Of a stretch of DNA of 64,000 nucleotides, positions 20,836-30,467 are shown in pieces. The notes beneath the pieces were generated by a model, which had not been told where the DNA came from, did no database searches, and saw only the letters and a program-made list of their open reading frames with translations. Source of the stretch: Patescibacteria group bacterium (GTDB taxonomy: Bacteria > Patescibacteriota > Patescibacteriia > Magasanikbacterales > GWA2-37-8); contig JBAZUP010000003.1 of NCBI GenBank assembly GCA_041661385.1, positions 36,299 through 100,298 of the forward strand. The letters are read 5' to 3'. The position numbers and the translations under genes were made by a program. Numbering within the stretch: the stretch's first letter is position 1; every line of letters begins with the position of its first letter.

Positions 20836-21237
20836 ATGTTAGGTGATAAAATAAAACAATTACGTATTGACAAGGAAGTGCAACAAAAAGAACTCGCAAA
20901 TATAATGAATGTCACTGTTAGCGCTGTCAGTATGTGGGAAACTAACATGCGTGTTCCGGAAGTAGCCACATTACAACGCATAGCCGAGTATTTCGGTGTA
21001 ACTATTGATTCTTTACTTGGGACAAATAAACAATCAGTATTACCAATCCCGGAAACTAAAGATGAAATAATTATCTGTTTTAGATGCGAAGGTAAAGGCA
21101 TCAGAGACAGTTGTTTCGGATGGCCATCTTACGGCACAGAAAAATGTGATGAATGCCGCGGCAGTGGTAGATTGTTAAAACAAACTAGTTATGTTGCATA
21201 TAAACCTGAAAAGGCAGTAAAAAATGATAAAAACTAG
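20836..21237 (+). CDS. XRE-family HTH regulator fused to DnaJ-type CxxCxGxG zinc-finger
   Basis: N-terminal IKQLRIDKEVQQKELANIMNVTVSAVSMWE...; C-terminal CFRCEGKG...CDECRGSG; GAGGTAATA RBS. Confidence 0.6.
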   Translation: MLGDKIKQLRIDKEVQQKELANIMNVTVSAVSMWETNMRVPEVATLQRIAEYFGVTIDSLLGTNKQSVLPIPETKDEIIICFRCEGKGIRDSCFGWPSYGTEKCDECRGSGRLLKQTSYVAYKPEKAVKNDKN

Positions 21238-21565
21238 AAACATTTACCCCTGTGACACAAAAATAGTATTTACAACTACTGACGTTAGAAGTAATTTAAG
21301 CGACGACGGAAAACCAATAAGCTTGAAACACGCACTAAATACCGGTATCTGCACTCATTTCAACGAAAAAGAACTTACCGCTGAAGAACAAGTATGCTTT
21401 GCAACCATCGTGAAGCTATATGAGCAAAATCACAACTTAAATAACAACCAGCCAATACCAAAAAATATTTTTAATCATTTTCGTCTAATATTCTCGTTGA
21501 TTAAAAATGACAACGAAACCGCAAATTTATTGCTAAAAAAACTATCGGAAACTGAGGCAACATAA
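21224..21565 (+). CDS. hypothetical protein (paralog of 32355-32630)
   Basis: EEQVCFATIVKLYEQN motif shared. Confidence 0.45.
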   Translation: MIKTRNIYPCDTKIVFTTTDVRSNLSDDGKPISLKHALNTGICTHFNEKELTAEEQVCFATIVKLYEQNHNLNNNQPIPKNIFNHFRLIFSLIKNDNETANLLLKKLSETEAT

Positions 21566-21867
21566 TGTTTGAAACGATTAATATAGTTTTATGTTCTTGG
21601 ATTACACAGTTCATTCTTTCGCTATTATCAACGATAATATTTTGTTTACTCATGTTAGTACCTAGAGAATTTGATTTTGGCTGTTTTTTAGGTGCAATTT
21701 TAGGAATCACGGGTATGATCTTTTTTATAGTGTTTCCACAAAACATAATGTTTATAAATTCTATTTTTACCGCGATATTTACCACGTTAATCGGTGTTAT
21801 AGTTTTCGTAATGGCAATTTTAACAAGCATAGGAACTTTTTATAATTTCAAAAAAATAAAATCATAA
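21565..21867 (+). CDS. membrane protein
   Basis: hydrophobic. Confidence 0.45.
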   Translation: MFETINIVLCSWITQFILSLLSTIIFCLLMLVPREFDFGCFLGAILGITGMIFFIVFPQNIMFINSIFTAIFTTLIGVIVFVMAILTSIGTFYNFKKIKS

Positions 21868-21899
21868 AAATATCGACATCAAGGAGAACATTAATAATT

Positions 21900-22085
21900 A
21901 TGAACAAATGTACATTTTGTGGCCGCGAAAGCGAAAGTCATAAAACTAAATTCGTAGGCGGACACGGAATTTTGGAGTGCTGCACTGATTGCGAAGCAGA
22001 AATATTAGAAGGTCAATTAGAATACGAAAACGATTTTGGAAACGAATCGTTAGAAAACAATCCAAAAAGTCAAACAGATAATTAG
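21900..22085 (+). CDS. zinc-ribbon small protein
   Basis: CTFCG...CCTDC. Confidence 0.45.
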   Translation: MNKCTFCGRESESHKTKFVGGHGILECCTDCEAEILEGQLEYENDFGNESLENNPKSQTDN

Positions 22086-22217
22086 CAACTTTAATCCAAT
22101 CTTGAAACCCGAAAATAACTCGAACGTCCTCTGTGTCAAGTTCGTGTATTCGCCACACTTGACACACCGTCCTGTTCTTCATTACTTCTAATATTGATAT
22201 GTTTATTGGGGGTTAAT

Positions 22218-22760
22218 ATGAAAAATCTAATTCATTCCGGCGGCGCACTTGGCGCTGACAGTATCTTCGGTGACATCGGCATTGCCAATAATTATTCAGT
22301 GGCACATCACAGTTTCTACGGACACACCTGTAACGGCGCCGGCACCAGAATTATACATTCCGCTTCAGAGTTGGCGTTAGCCGACAATGCGCTGATAAAA
22401 GCTAACGCCACCCTGAAACGCTTTTATCCACCAAAAAGCGCCTACGTCCAGAAATTGCTACAACGTAATTACTATCAAATTTTAAATAGTCAATTCGTTG
22501 TTGCAATCGCTACCATTAATAAATACACCGACACAGTTAACGGCGGCACCGGTTGGGCAACGCAAATGGCAGTTGATATGCAAATACCCGTCTATGTTTT
22601 CGATTGCGCCGACAATAAGTGGTACAAAAAATTGCCTGGCACAAAATTCACACCCTGTTCCCTGTCAGACGTTCCCAACACCGGAGTATTCGCCGGCATT
22701 GGCAGCCGCGAAATCACGCCACAGGGCCGCGAACAGATACGATTGTTGCTAGAGTCTTGA
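22218..22760 (+). CDS. DprA/Smf-like Rossmann (SLOG-type) domain protein
   Basis: SGGALGADS...GGTGWATQMAVDMQIPVYVF resembles the DprA Rossmann core; GGGGGT RBS. Confidence 0.5.
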   Translation: MKNLIHSGGALGADSIFGDIGIANNYSVAHHSFYGHTCNGAGTRIIHSASELALADNALIKANATLKRFYPPKSAYVQKLLQRNYYQILNSQFVVAIATINKYTDTVNGGTGWATQMAVDMQIPVYVFDCADNKWYKKLPGTKFTPCSLSDVPNTGVFAGIGSREITPQGREQIRLLLES

Positions 22761-22801
22761 ATTTTGATGTATAATGCAAACAATTTTAAGGAATGAATAT
22801 T

Positions 22802-23011
22802 ATGAAAACTTATTTAACGCCAATGTATTTTTTATGGGGCGCGTTGATATCTAGTGAACTACTAGCGTGGTATTTTAACGGTTTTAATCCAATAGCAATA
22901 TTTGCTTTAATTGGAACCCTATCTGCGATCGTTATCTGCCTAATATCTGAAATTTGCAGATTAAACGAATATATTGAAAATTACGAAAAAAGTAAAACTA
23001 ATGTTATATGA
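22802..23011 (+). CDS. small TM protein (YIENYEK family)
   Basis: paralog of 12723-12938. Confidence 0.45.
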   Translation: MKTYLTPMYFLWGALISSELLAWYFNGFNPIAIFALIGTLSAIVICLISEICRLNEYIENYEKSKTNVI

Positions 23012-23141
23012 AATTCACATACCAAAAAAATAAAACATTGAACATTTAAATAATTTTGCGTATAATAACATTAAAACAACAAACAATTATGTTAAAAACA
23101 TAACAAAACTAATCAAATATTTAAAGAAAGAAGTGATCAAA

Positions 23142-23309
23142 ATGGCAACTGCAAGTTTCACTAAAAACTTTGCTGTTAAATCAAAAAACAATGCTAAAAA
23201 ATTAGCAAATGCCCTCGACAACTCAAAAAACATTGAGATGAAATTAAGTCGTCCAATGCAATTTACAACAGGTAAAGAATTAAAAGCTATGTTTTCAAAA
23301 GGAAAATAA
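23142..23309 (+). CDS. small Lys-rich protein (55 aa), candidate antitoxin partner of the GNAT toxin
   Basis: 4 nt upstream of GNAT ORF; not DUF1778-like. Confidence 0.35.
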   Translation: MATASFTKNFAVKSKNNAKKLANALDNSKNIEMKLSRPMQFTTGKELKAMFSKGK

Positions 23310-23311
23310 TT

Positions 23312-23875
23312 ATGATTCCTCAAATAGTGAGCCTCGAAGAATTTATCGAAGATTTCGGCGTACAGGATTTTAATAATCTTGCCGCCGTTTTTTCTTGTCC
23401 AAAAGACATCGAGCTTGAAGCTTTTTTAAAAGATAAAGCTATAATTAATAACTCTTTGTCAATGTCACGAACCTATCTTGTAGTTGGCAAAGACGAAACA
23501 AATAACGTTCCAATTATCATGGCATATTTCGCTTTAGCGTTGAAAAGTATTGATATTAACGCGGGGATTTCTAAAACACAAAGACAAAAATTCACAGGTA
23601 CACGAAATAACAATATGAAACACATACCAGTTTATCTAATTGGTCAATTTGCGAAAAATTTTGCCATTCCCGAAAACGACCGAATTACCGGCAATGACCT
23701 TATGACACTAACAAAAGCAACCATCAACAACGCACACAAAAGAGTAGGAGGAAGAATTGTTTTAGTTGAGTGTTCCGACGTACCACAATTACACACTTTT
23801 TATAATACTCACGGTTTTGCGTTTTACGATATTGATTCCGAAGATAGGTTGCATAGATTTGTTATGAAACTATAA
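23312..23875 (+). CDS. GNAT-family acetyltransferase, TacT/AtaT-like toxin
   Basis: FSCP..ELEAFLKDKAI...SRTYLV, IPVYLIGQFA, GGRIVLVEC...FYNTHGF resemble TacT. Confidence 0.6.
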   Translation: MIPQIVSLEEFIEDFGVQDFNNLAAVFSCPKDIELEAFLKDKAIINNSLSMSRTYLVVGKDETNNVPIIMAYFALALKSIDINAGISKTQRQKFTGTRNNNMKHIPVYLIGQFAKNFAIPENDRITGNDLMTLTKATINNAHKRVGGRIVLVECSDVPQLHTFYNTHGFAFYDIDSEDRLHRFVMKL

Positions 23876-23998
23876 TTAAAAACATCCAAGGGTGAACCAT
23901 ATGTATTGGCTCAGCACATTGTTACATCAACTATTTATATAGTTTTTTCAGCAGTGTATAATTATTAGATAAAACATATATCAAATTAGGAGAGCATC

Positions 23999-24511
23999 AT
24001 GCTTGTAACAAAAGAGAATAATTTAGAAACAACATTCGCGTTTTACAAAAACGCAAAACATCCGAATGATTTGTGTAGTTTTTGCAAAATAAACGATAAA
24101 CATATAGGAAAAAGAATATTTTACATTAAAGGACATTGGGACAGTTCGACAAATAAGTGTAATTTTGATTTATATGATAGTGATTTACCCGACAAAAAAC
24201 TGTTAGATAATCAAAACAAAGAAATTGAATATGGCTACAGCGGTACCAAAGAACAAATTTACAAAAGAAACCACACAATTTTTCTAAAATCTATGTTTGA
24301 AAAATATAATATTAATGACGTTATAGTAAGAGTAAGAAATAATTTTTGTTGTAATTGTGATTGGTTTAACGACGAAAAAAGTGAATGTCAGTTTGACATA
24401 ACGGCAATAAAGAAAAACGAAAAAGATTTTTGTAAAAACTGGAGATGTGAAACAGATGAACCAGTCGTATTAAGCGAAACAGAACTAGCACTCCAAAGAT
24501 TACACAAATAA
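23999..24511 (+). CDS. Cys-rich hypothetical protein
   Basis: ATTAGGAGAGC RBS. Confidence 0.5.
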   Translation: MLVTKENNLETTFAFYKNAKHPNDLCSFCKINDKHIGKRIFYIKGHWDSSTNKCNFDLYDSDLPDKKLLDNQNKEIEYGYSGTKEQIYKRNHTIFLKSMFEKYNINDVIVRVRNNFCCNCDWFNDEKSECQFDITAIKKNEKDFCKNWRCETDEPVVLSETELALQRLHK

Positions 24512-24530
24512 CAACAAAACATCATAGAGA

Positions 24531-24575
24531 AAAACTCCGTTCACCCGGAGTTTTTCTCTATTTTAAAGTATACCT
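24531..24575 (+). terminator. rho-independent terminator
   Basis: AAAAACTCCG...CGGAGTTTTT followed by CTCTATTTT. Confidence 0.7.
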
Positions 24576-24674
24576 TTTTATATACCCCAATTTAACTATA
24601 TAATAACCTTGCTTTAAGGAGTTTTTATATATATAATAACCAAAAGAGACTTTTTCTTATAGTTTGAGGTATTA

Positions 24675-25259
24675 ATGTCAAAAATTGGTTATATACGTGT
24701 TTCGTCCAAAGAACAAAATTTGGATCGACAAATTGAAGTAATGAAAAAACATAATATTCAGAAAATTTTTTCAGAAAAAATTTCTGGAAACAGTACTTTG
24801 CGTCCGGAATTAAATAAAATGTTAGATTTTATTCGCGAAGGTGATATTGTTTATGTAGAAAGCTACTCACGACTTGGCCGTAATCCACGACATTTTTATG
24901 AAATAATAGATGTATTCAACACTAAAGGCGTTGCGCTATACAGCGACAAAGAAAACATCGACACACAAACAGCGACCGGTAAATTAATTTTAGGATTTAT
25001 TATAAGCATATGTGCATGGGAACGAGAAATAACAAAAGAACGTCAAAAAGAGGGAATAGCAGCCGCAAAGAAACGTGGCGTACTTGGAGGCAGACCAAGC
25101 AAATTTGACGAAAAAATATTCAACGTCATTTATCAAGAATATATTAAAAACACCATCTCCGCGCTTGAAGCAGCAAGAAGATTAAAAATAACTCCGATAA
25201 CATTTTACAAATGGTGCAAAATTTACAAAAACCATGTTTTTAACAAAAAAGAAGTGTAA
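24675..25259 (+). CDS. serine recombinase (resolvase/invertase family)
   Basis: IGYIRVSSKEQNLDRQ catalytic-Ser motif; C-terminal HTH. Confidence 0.85.
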   Translation: MSKIGYIRVSSKEQNLDRQIEVMKKHNIQKIFSEKISGNSTLRPELNKMLDFIREGDIVYVESYSRLGRNPRHFYEIIDVFNTKGVALYSDKENIDTQTATGKLILGFIISICAWEREITKERQKEGIAAAKKRGVLGGRPSKFDEKIFNVIYQEYIKNTISALEAARRLKITPITFYKWCKIYKNHVFNKKEV

Positions 25260-25343
25260 TAAATAGAAAATCGGAAATTAACCCACTAGAAAAATTCATT
25301 AATCACTAATTAAACAAGAATAGAAAGGATTAAAATAATAATT

Positions 25344-25859
25344 ATGGAATGGTTGGCATATTTTGCTCTTTTTTCTGGTTTTGTGGCAGGCTACATATTT
25401 ACAATAAGTTTTTTATCAATAAAAAACTCCATAAATGCCAAAAATATCTACCTATTATATACAAAACACATCCCAAATTCCTTTATAGAAATAGATCAAA
25501 GAGTTAATAAAACATTTAGATACACAAAATGGTTTCATTCGCAAAATGCAGCGCTTTCATGGCTTAACAAAAACAGAAAATCTATCCTAGATTTTAAATT
25601 AATTGTTTATGATAAAAACAATCTTCCAAATATCGAGCAAGTTTTACAACCACCATTACAAGACTGGACACCCGCAGAACATATTTCGCCTGAAACTAGC
25701 GGAAATTATCTTGTAACTACAAAATTATCGAACGACGAGTTTGAAACCGGTATTTTATTTTACTCAGCCGAAAAAAAACAATGGCTTAACACCTGCGGAG
25801 TAGAAATACTAGCATGGCAACCCAAACCAAAAGCATACCAACCGCCGAAAGACAAATAA
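25344..25859 (+). CDS. membrane-anchored hypothetical protein
   Basis: N-terminal TM. Confidence 0.45.
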   Translation: MEWLAYFALFSGFVAGYIFTISFLSIKNSINAKNIYLLYTKHIPNSFIEIDQRVNKTFRYTKWFHSQNAALSWLNKNRKSILDFKLIVYDKNNLPNIEQVLQPPLQDWTPAEHISPETSGNYLVTTKLSNDEFETGILFYSAEKKQWLNTCGVEILAWQPKPKAYQPPKDK

Positions 25860-25913
25860 CGCAAAATCAATTAATCAACCACCTATCAATCTAAACATTT
25901 AAGGAGATTTCAC

Positions 25914-26120
25914 ATGTACATATTACTGGCACTGCCATTTCTTTTTACTATTTTATCACTCAATAACTCTTCACCATCAACACAACCACAATCATATGAC
26001 GAAATATTAAACAACTTAACGGGTACGTTAACTTCGTCACCCTTACTTGGATTTACCGCATTTTTCGCGTTGATCTTATTGATTGCATACTGTTGGGAAA
26101 GATCAAGACAAACTAACTAA
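25914..26120 (+). CDS. small membrane protein
   Basis: TAAGGAGATTTC RBS. Confidence 0.4.
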   Translation: MYILLALPFLFTILSLNNSSPSTQPQSYDEILNNLTGTLTSSPLLGFTAFFALILLIAYCWERSRQTN

Positions 26121-26137
26121 TTAGAAAGGACTTTATT

Positions 26138-26614
26138 ATGTTAAAACTCTTCAAACAATATTACAATTTTCGAAAACATAATTATCATCCACTGACAATA
26201 TTTGCTTTCCCGTTTAGTGTAATAGGACTGCTTTTAATAAAAGCTTGGTTTCCTTACATGAAAATTCTCACTACTCTATTACGCTTATCGTTTCTCGCAA
26301 CGTTGTTTATATCAATCATTTTAATTTTGGATTTTCTATATATTTGTTTGATTTGCGAAAAATATAAATGTTCACCAAACACCGCCTATTCACATGACGT
26401 CGCCGAAAAATTAGTGGCAATCACAAATCTTTGTTTAACTATTGGATTGATAGCAATAATAATCTACATCAGTTTATTCGGCATCAACACAAACAGCAAT
26501 GATTTTACCTTTAATTTATTAATAAAACTAAACATTTTAGCCGCTTATATTTTTTATGGAACATTCATCTTAACAGAACGGCACCAAGCAAACAAAATAC
26601 TAAAACAACATTAA
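26138..26614 (+). CDS. polytopic membrane protein
   Basis: GAAAGGACTTT RBS. Confidence 0.45.
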   Translation: MLKLFKQYYNFRKHNYHPLTIFAFPFSVIGLLLIKAWFPYMKILTTLLRLSFLATLFISIILILDFLYICLICEKYKCSPNTAYSHDVAEKLVAITNLCLTIGLIAIIIYISLFGINTNSNDFTFNLLIKLNILAAYIFYGTFILTERHQANKILKQH

Positions 26615-26622
26615 GGAGCTAA

Positions 26623-27072
26623 ATGACCATTTATTTTTACGGATTATGTGCAGGAATATTAATAAGCAGTCTTATTTCTTGTGCAATATTCTTATATTTC
26701 CACAATAAAAAAACCGCATACATAAACAATTTAAACAAAACAATCGGCGACTACCGAGGTATTTACAAAACAATAGACGAATATCGCGAATTCATATTTT
26801 GGTTAAGAAAAAAATATCCGACATTTGACCTAGACATAGAAACTGATATTCAAAAATCCCGACTTATTTTTGATTTAGACAGTTTTTTACTAAAAATAGC
26901 AAAACTTCAAACAAGTGAGATCAGACGACAGCAAGCCAGAACTAGTATAATATGTGCATATCCATTATACAGAACCGACAATTTTTTTGACAACTCAATA
27001 AATATTGAAAATTTTGACGAAAAAGTAGCAAACGATACAGAAATTGCTAAAAACTGTCCACACGCCAAATAA
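26623..27072 (+). CDS. membrane-anchored protein
   Basis: TAAGGAGCTAA RBS. Confidence 0.45.
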   Translation: MTIYFYGLCAGILISSLISCAIFLYFHNKKTAYINNLNKTIGDYRGIYKTIDEYREFIFWLRKKYPTFDLDIETDIQKSRLIFDLDSFLLKIAKLQTSEIRRQQARTSIICAYPLYRTDNFFDNSINIENFDEKVANDTEIAKNCPHAK

Positions 27073-27130
27073 TATAAATAAAATTTTTACTCCGAAACCT
27101 ACAATACAATTAATTATTATGGAGTTTATT

Positions 27131-27514
27131 ATGAAAAGCACTCTTACAAAAATAACAATCCTACTTTCGATCATAACTTTAGGAATAATCTATGTAAATC
27201 ATATTTTACCTATCCCATCTGTTCCATTTTCCAACAGCTTAAATACCATTTCCACCGATGTAAAAAATTACAAACAAGAATGGTTGATGCCAGTAACTGA
27301 AATCAAACAAAACATTTATACTCAAGGAACGGCCCAATATAGCGAAACACTCTTTGTAAACGTAGGAAACAACGATGGAATAACAATAATGGAAATTCCA
27401 ATAAGTACACTCAAAATAATCAAAGATACTAAAGATGTAAACACTTCGTATATTCGTAAAATGACAAAAGACTCCGACGTACTATATGAACTTCATATAC
27501 CTATAAATTACTAA
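27131..27514 (+). CDS. membrane-anchored protein, C-terminal YELHIPINY (paralog of 12267 ORF)
   Basis: GGAG then ATG. Confidence 0.45.
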   Translation: MKSTLTKITILLSIITLGIIYVNHILPIPSVPFSNSLNTISTDVKNYKQEWLMPVTEIKQNIYTQGTAQYSETLFVNVGNNDGITIMEIPISTLKIIKDTKDVNTSYIRKMTKDSDVLYELHIPINY

Positions 27515-27529
27515 TATTAAGAGGTGTGA

Positions 27530-27898
27530 ATGAATATTACATTAGGACAACGAATTCTTGAGCTTAGGAAACAAAGAAATATTTCGAGAAAAGAGCTTTC
27601 TGAAATACTGAATGTCTCTTACTCAACTTTAGCTGGTTATGAGACTGACTATAGTTCGCCCGATTATTCGACATTAAAGAAAATATGCTGGTTCTTCAGC
27701 GTTACTGCGGATCATCTGCTTGATCTTCCTGAATATGCCGATCCTGAAAAACGAGAATTGCGTTATTTTTTGACTACTAAGGACATTACGTTCAACGGCA
27801 TAAAGATTAATGAAGATGAACGAGAAGCAGCGAAAATTGCTTTAAATCTAGTTTTTAGAATTCGACCACAAAACACGCAACACTCTGCCAGAGGTTAA
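27530..27898 (+). CDS. XRE-family HTH transcriptional regulator
   Basis: LGQRILELRKQRNISRKELSEILNVSYSTLAGYE. Confidence 0.7.
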   Translation: MNITLGQRILELRKQRNISRKELSEILNVSYSTLAGYETDYSSPDYSTLKKICWFFSVTADHLLDLPEYADPEKRELRYFLTTKDITFNGIKINEDEREAAKIALNLVFRIRPQNTQHSARG

Positions 27899-27899
27899 A

Positions 27900-28340
27900 A
27901 TGAAATTTTCTAGCACTAATTTTGGACTAAAACTAAGATCGCTAAGAGAACGGTCTAATATTTCGATTTCTCAGCTTTCAAAAATGCTTGATTGTTCTAA
28001 AAGTACAGTCAGCATGATCGAAAACGGAGAACGCTCACCAAGTATCGAGTTGTTCGTTGATATTGCCAATGTTTTCAATACCACCCTGGACAGCTTTTTT
28101 TCAGAAGTAAACGAAAACCTCATTACAAACTACGAACAATCTACCGAAGAACTAATAACTATCATTTCAAAAGCCAAATCGTTAGCAAGTTTAGTAGCAT
28201 CAAATAATCCCGCCTTTACAAACGCCAATGATTTATGGTTAGAGTTAGACAAATATATCAAAAAAAGCCGTTATCAAAATCCGCAAACCAGCGCACAAAT
28301 AAAACAGATAGCGTTTGCTCAATTTTCATTAGTTGAATAA
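27900..28340 (+). CDS. XRE-family HTH transcriptional regulator
   Basis: GLKLRSLRERSNISISQLSKMLDCSKSTVSMIENG. Confidence 0.65.
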   Translation: MKFSSTNFGLKLRSLRERSNISISQLSKMLDCSKSTVSMIENGERSPSIELFVDIANVFNTTLDSFFSEVNENLITNYEQSTEELITIISKAKSLASLVASNNPAFTNANDLWLELDKYIKKSRYQNPQTSAQIKQIAFAQFSLVE

Positions 28341-28359
28341 ATAACTGAAAGTAGATTTT

Positions 28360-28959
28360 ATGGCAAAATTTGGAACAATACTAAAAAAGTTGCGTTTAAA
28401 TGAGAAAATCACGCAAAAACAACTGGCCACTAATTTAGATATTGAGCGTCAAACATATTGTAATTATGAACAAGGCATTCGTGAACCAAGCCGAGAAACA
28501 TTAATTAAAATTGCTAAGTACTATGATGTCAGCATGGATTATCTTTTCGAGCTTACCGATCAACCAAGTAAGCAAAACAATCACTACACTATAGAAAAAA
28601 ACCGCTTTGTTATACACGCAATCCATAATATAAAGTGCCACGAAGAAACCTTTTTTATTAGTAGTTTTTTGTTTGATAATTTAATATTGCTTTTTGAAAA
28701 ATTACACACAATGAAAATCGTTAAAAACAATTACGTAGGCTCAACTTATGATTCCTCAAATAACATCGGCGAATATTCATTTAACGTAGAAACAATCAAA
28801 GAATTTATTGAACATTTTGGTGTTATCGCAAAATCGCTTGACCTTCAATCTGTTTCAATATTAAATATTGAGGAATTACAAGAATTAAAAAACTTTTTTG
28901 TTACAGCGCTTAATATTTATGACAAAAACAATACCTATATTTCGACTTTTTGTTATTAG
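28360..28959 (+). CDS. XRE-family HTH regulator with C-terminal domain
   Basis: ILKKLRLNEKITQKQLATNLDIERQTYCNYEQG. Confidence 0.65.
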   Translation: MAKFGTILKKLRLNEKITQKQLATNLDIERQTYCNYEQGIREPSRETLIKIAKYYDVSMDYLFELTDQPSKQNNHYTIEKNRFVIHAIHNIKCHEETFFISSFLFDNLILLFEKLHTMKIVKNNYVGSTYDSSNNIGEYSFNVETIKEFIEHFGVIAKSLDLQSVSILNIEELQELKNFFVTALNIYDKNNTYISTFCY

Positions 28960-28988
28960 GCACTTATTATTTTTAAGGAGATTCACCC

Positions 28989-29450
28989 ATGAAATACCAA
29001 ATCCACAAAAACAGCTCCCACACCGCAACAATCACCCCCGTAGGCCTCGAATACGACACACCACTAGAATGCTTCAACGATTTCACCAACCAACCCGGGA
29101 AAGGCAAAATAACCCAAAAAACTTCAGCGCAATTAATGGCCGATCACCTGAATTTAAATGAAGAAAACGAAGCAATGTTAAGTTTTGACGAATATTGTGG
29201 AATATATCATACAACCGCAATTGATGTAATGGAAGCCGAAACCATTTATCAAGTAAACGACGATTGCGATAAAAACGAAATATTTTGTTTTAAAAACGAA
29301 CCAACGATTTACGATTACAACGAAATGCTCAGCTACGCTTACGGTAGCGTAACTTCCCCGCGCGGCACAGAAAACACGTATGAAATCAAACCTATACCAA
29401 CCATTAATAATAATGCAACAACTTCAAGGAGAAACTATGATAAAAACTAA
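28989..29450 (+). CDS. hypothetical protein
   Basis: TAAGGAGATTCACCC RBS. Confidence 0.5.
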   Translation: MKYQIHKNSSHTATITPVGLEYDTPLECFNDFTNQPGKGKITQKTSAQLMADHLNLNEENEAMLSFDEYCGIYHTTAIDVMEAETIYQVNDDCDKNEIFCFKNEPTIYDYNEMLSYAYGSVTSPRGTENTYEIKPIPTINNNATTSRRNYDKN

Positions 29451-29751
29451 TTTTCTTACTCGTTTTATTGAAAATCGCATTATCCCTAAAGATTTCAACA
29501 ACCTTTCACTAATCGATTGCCTAATAATTGTTTCTTTTTGTTTAATAATCGCAATACCAATTGCTTATCTTCTACATGTATTAGCAACTTACTTTTGCTA
29601 CTACTTTAATTTTAGCAACGAACGTAACGTACTCTCTTTTATATTTTCTTCTATATTCCCTATTGCATTAATATATCTTTTATGGACGCCAATACTAAAA
29701 ATACTAAAAGACATTGTAAAAAAAATTATCAAAAAAATCAGAAACCATTAA
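29437..29751 (+). CDS. membrane protein
   Basis: CAAGGAGAAACT RBS. Confidence 0.45.
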   Translation: MIKTNFLTRFIENRIIPKDFNNLSLIDCLIIVSFCLIIAIPIAYLLHVLATYFCYYFNFSNERNVLSFIFSSIFPIALIYLLWTPILKILKDIVKKIIKKIRNH

Positions 29752-29810
29752 CTTATAACTAAAACTTTCGTGTTTAATAACGCCAACTACCAACAATTAA
29801 AGGAGTTCTT

Positions 29811-30002
29811 ATGGAATATATCAACGGATTAATGGTAGGAATGCTCATAGGAATACTGGGCACGGCAGCCCTCTTCATAACAAAAAGTAAAATCGACGAA
29901 ACTATTAAACAACTTGAAAGCAATCACAACTCTTTAATTAACAAATTTGAAACGCTAAAACAAAAATATCCCGAACTCTTTAAAACACATCCTCCGGCTT
30001 AA
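29811..30002 (+). CDS. small TM protein
   Basis: AAAGGAGTTCTT RBS. Confidence 0.45.
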   Translation: MEYINGLMVGMLIGILGTAALFITKSKIDETIKQLESNHNSLINKFETLKQKYPELFKTHPPA

Positions 30003-30055
30003 GTACTAATCCAAAACAACTCGTAACCAAAACATAAACATTTTAAGGAGCTTTT

Positions 30056-30220
30056 ATGGAAACTATCTACGGAATAATGCTAGGAATATTAATCGGAACC
30101 TATGTTACATATCGCATTATGGTAAAAAAATACACAAAATTACTCGAGGCGTATTTAAGCAATAATCTTCAAACAACTGAATTTCAAACATACCTACTCA
30201 ACAAAAAATACTTTAGCTAA
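30056..30220 (+). CDS. small TM protein (paralog of 29811 ORF; 54 aa)
   Basis: TAAGGAGCTTTT RBS; not in track. Confidence 0.35.
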   Translation: METIYGIMLGILIGTYVTYRIMVKKYTKLLEAYLSNNLQTTEFQTYLLNKKYFS

Positions 30221-30239
30221 AACAAATCGAGGTGACTTT

Positions 30240-30467
30240 ATGCCCGCAACCAAACACTACTATTACATCGCCGGCAAAGGCAACGACTACGGAAACGTGG
30301 CGATCGCATCCACACCAACTGAAGCAATCTGTTTACACGTAGGCGAAGTTTACATAAACGACGAAGAACACTTAACAAACGAATACACCATTTGCAGAGA
30401 ATGTGCCGACAAATTGGTTAGATCGGACGAAAACTTGGAAGGAATAAGTGTAATTGATGTTGAATAA
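30240..30467 (+). CDS. hypothetical protein
   Basis: GAGGTGACTTT RBS. Confidence 0.45.
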   Translation: MPATKHYYYIAGKGNDYGNVAIASTPTEAICLHVGEVYINDEEHLTNEYTICRECADKLVRSDENLEGISVIDVE

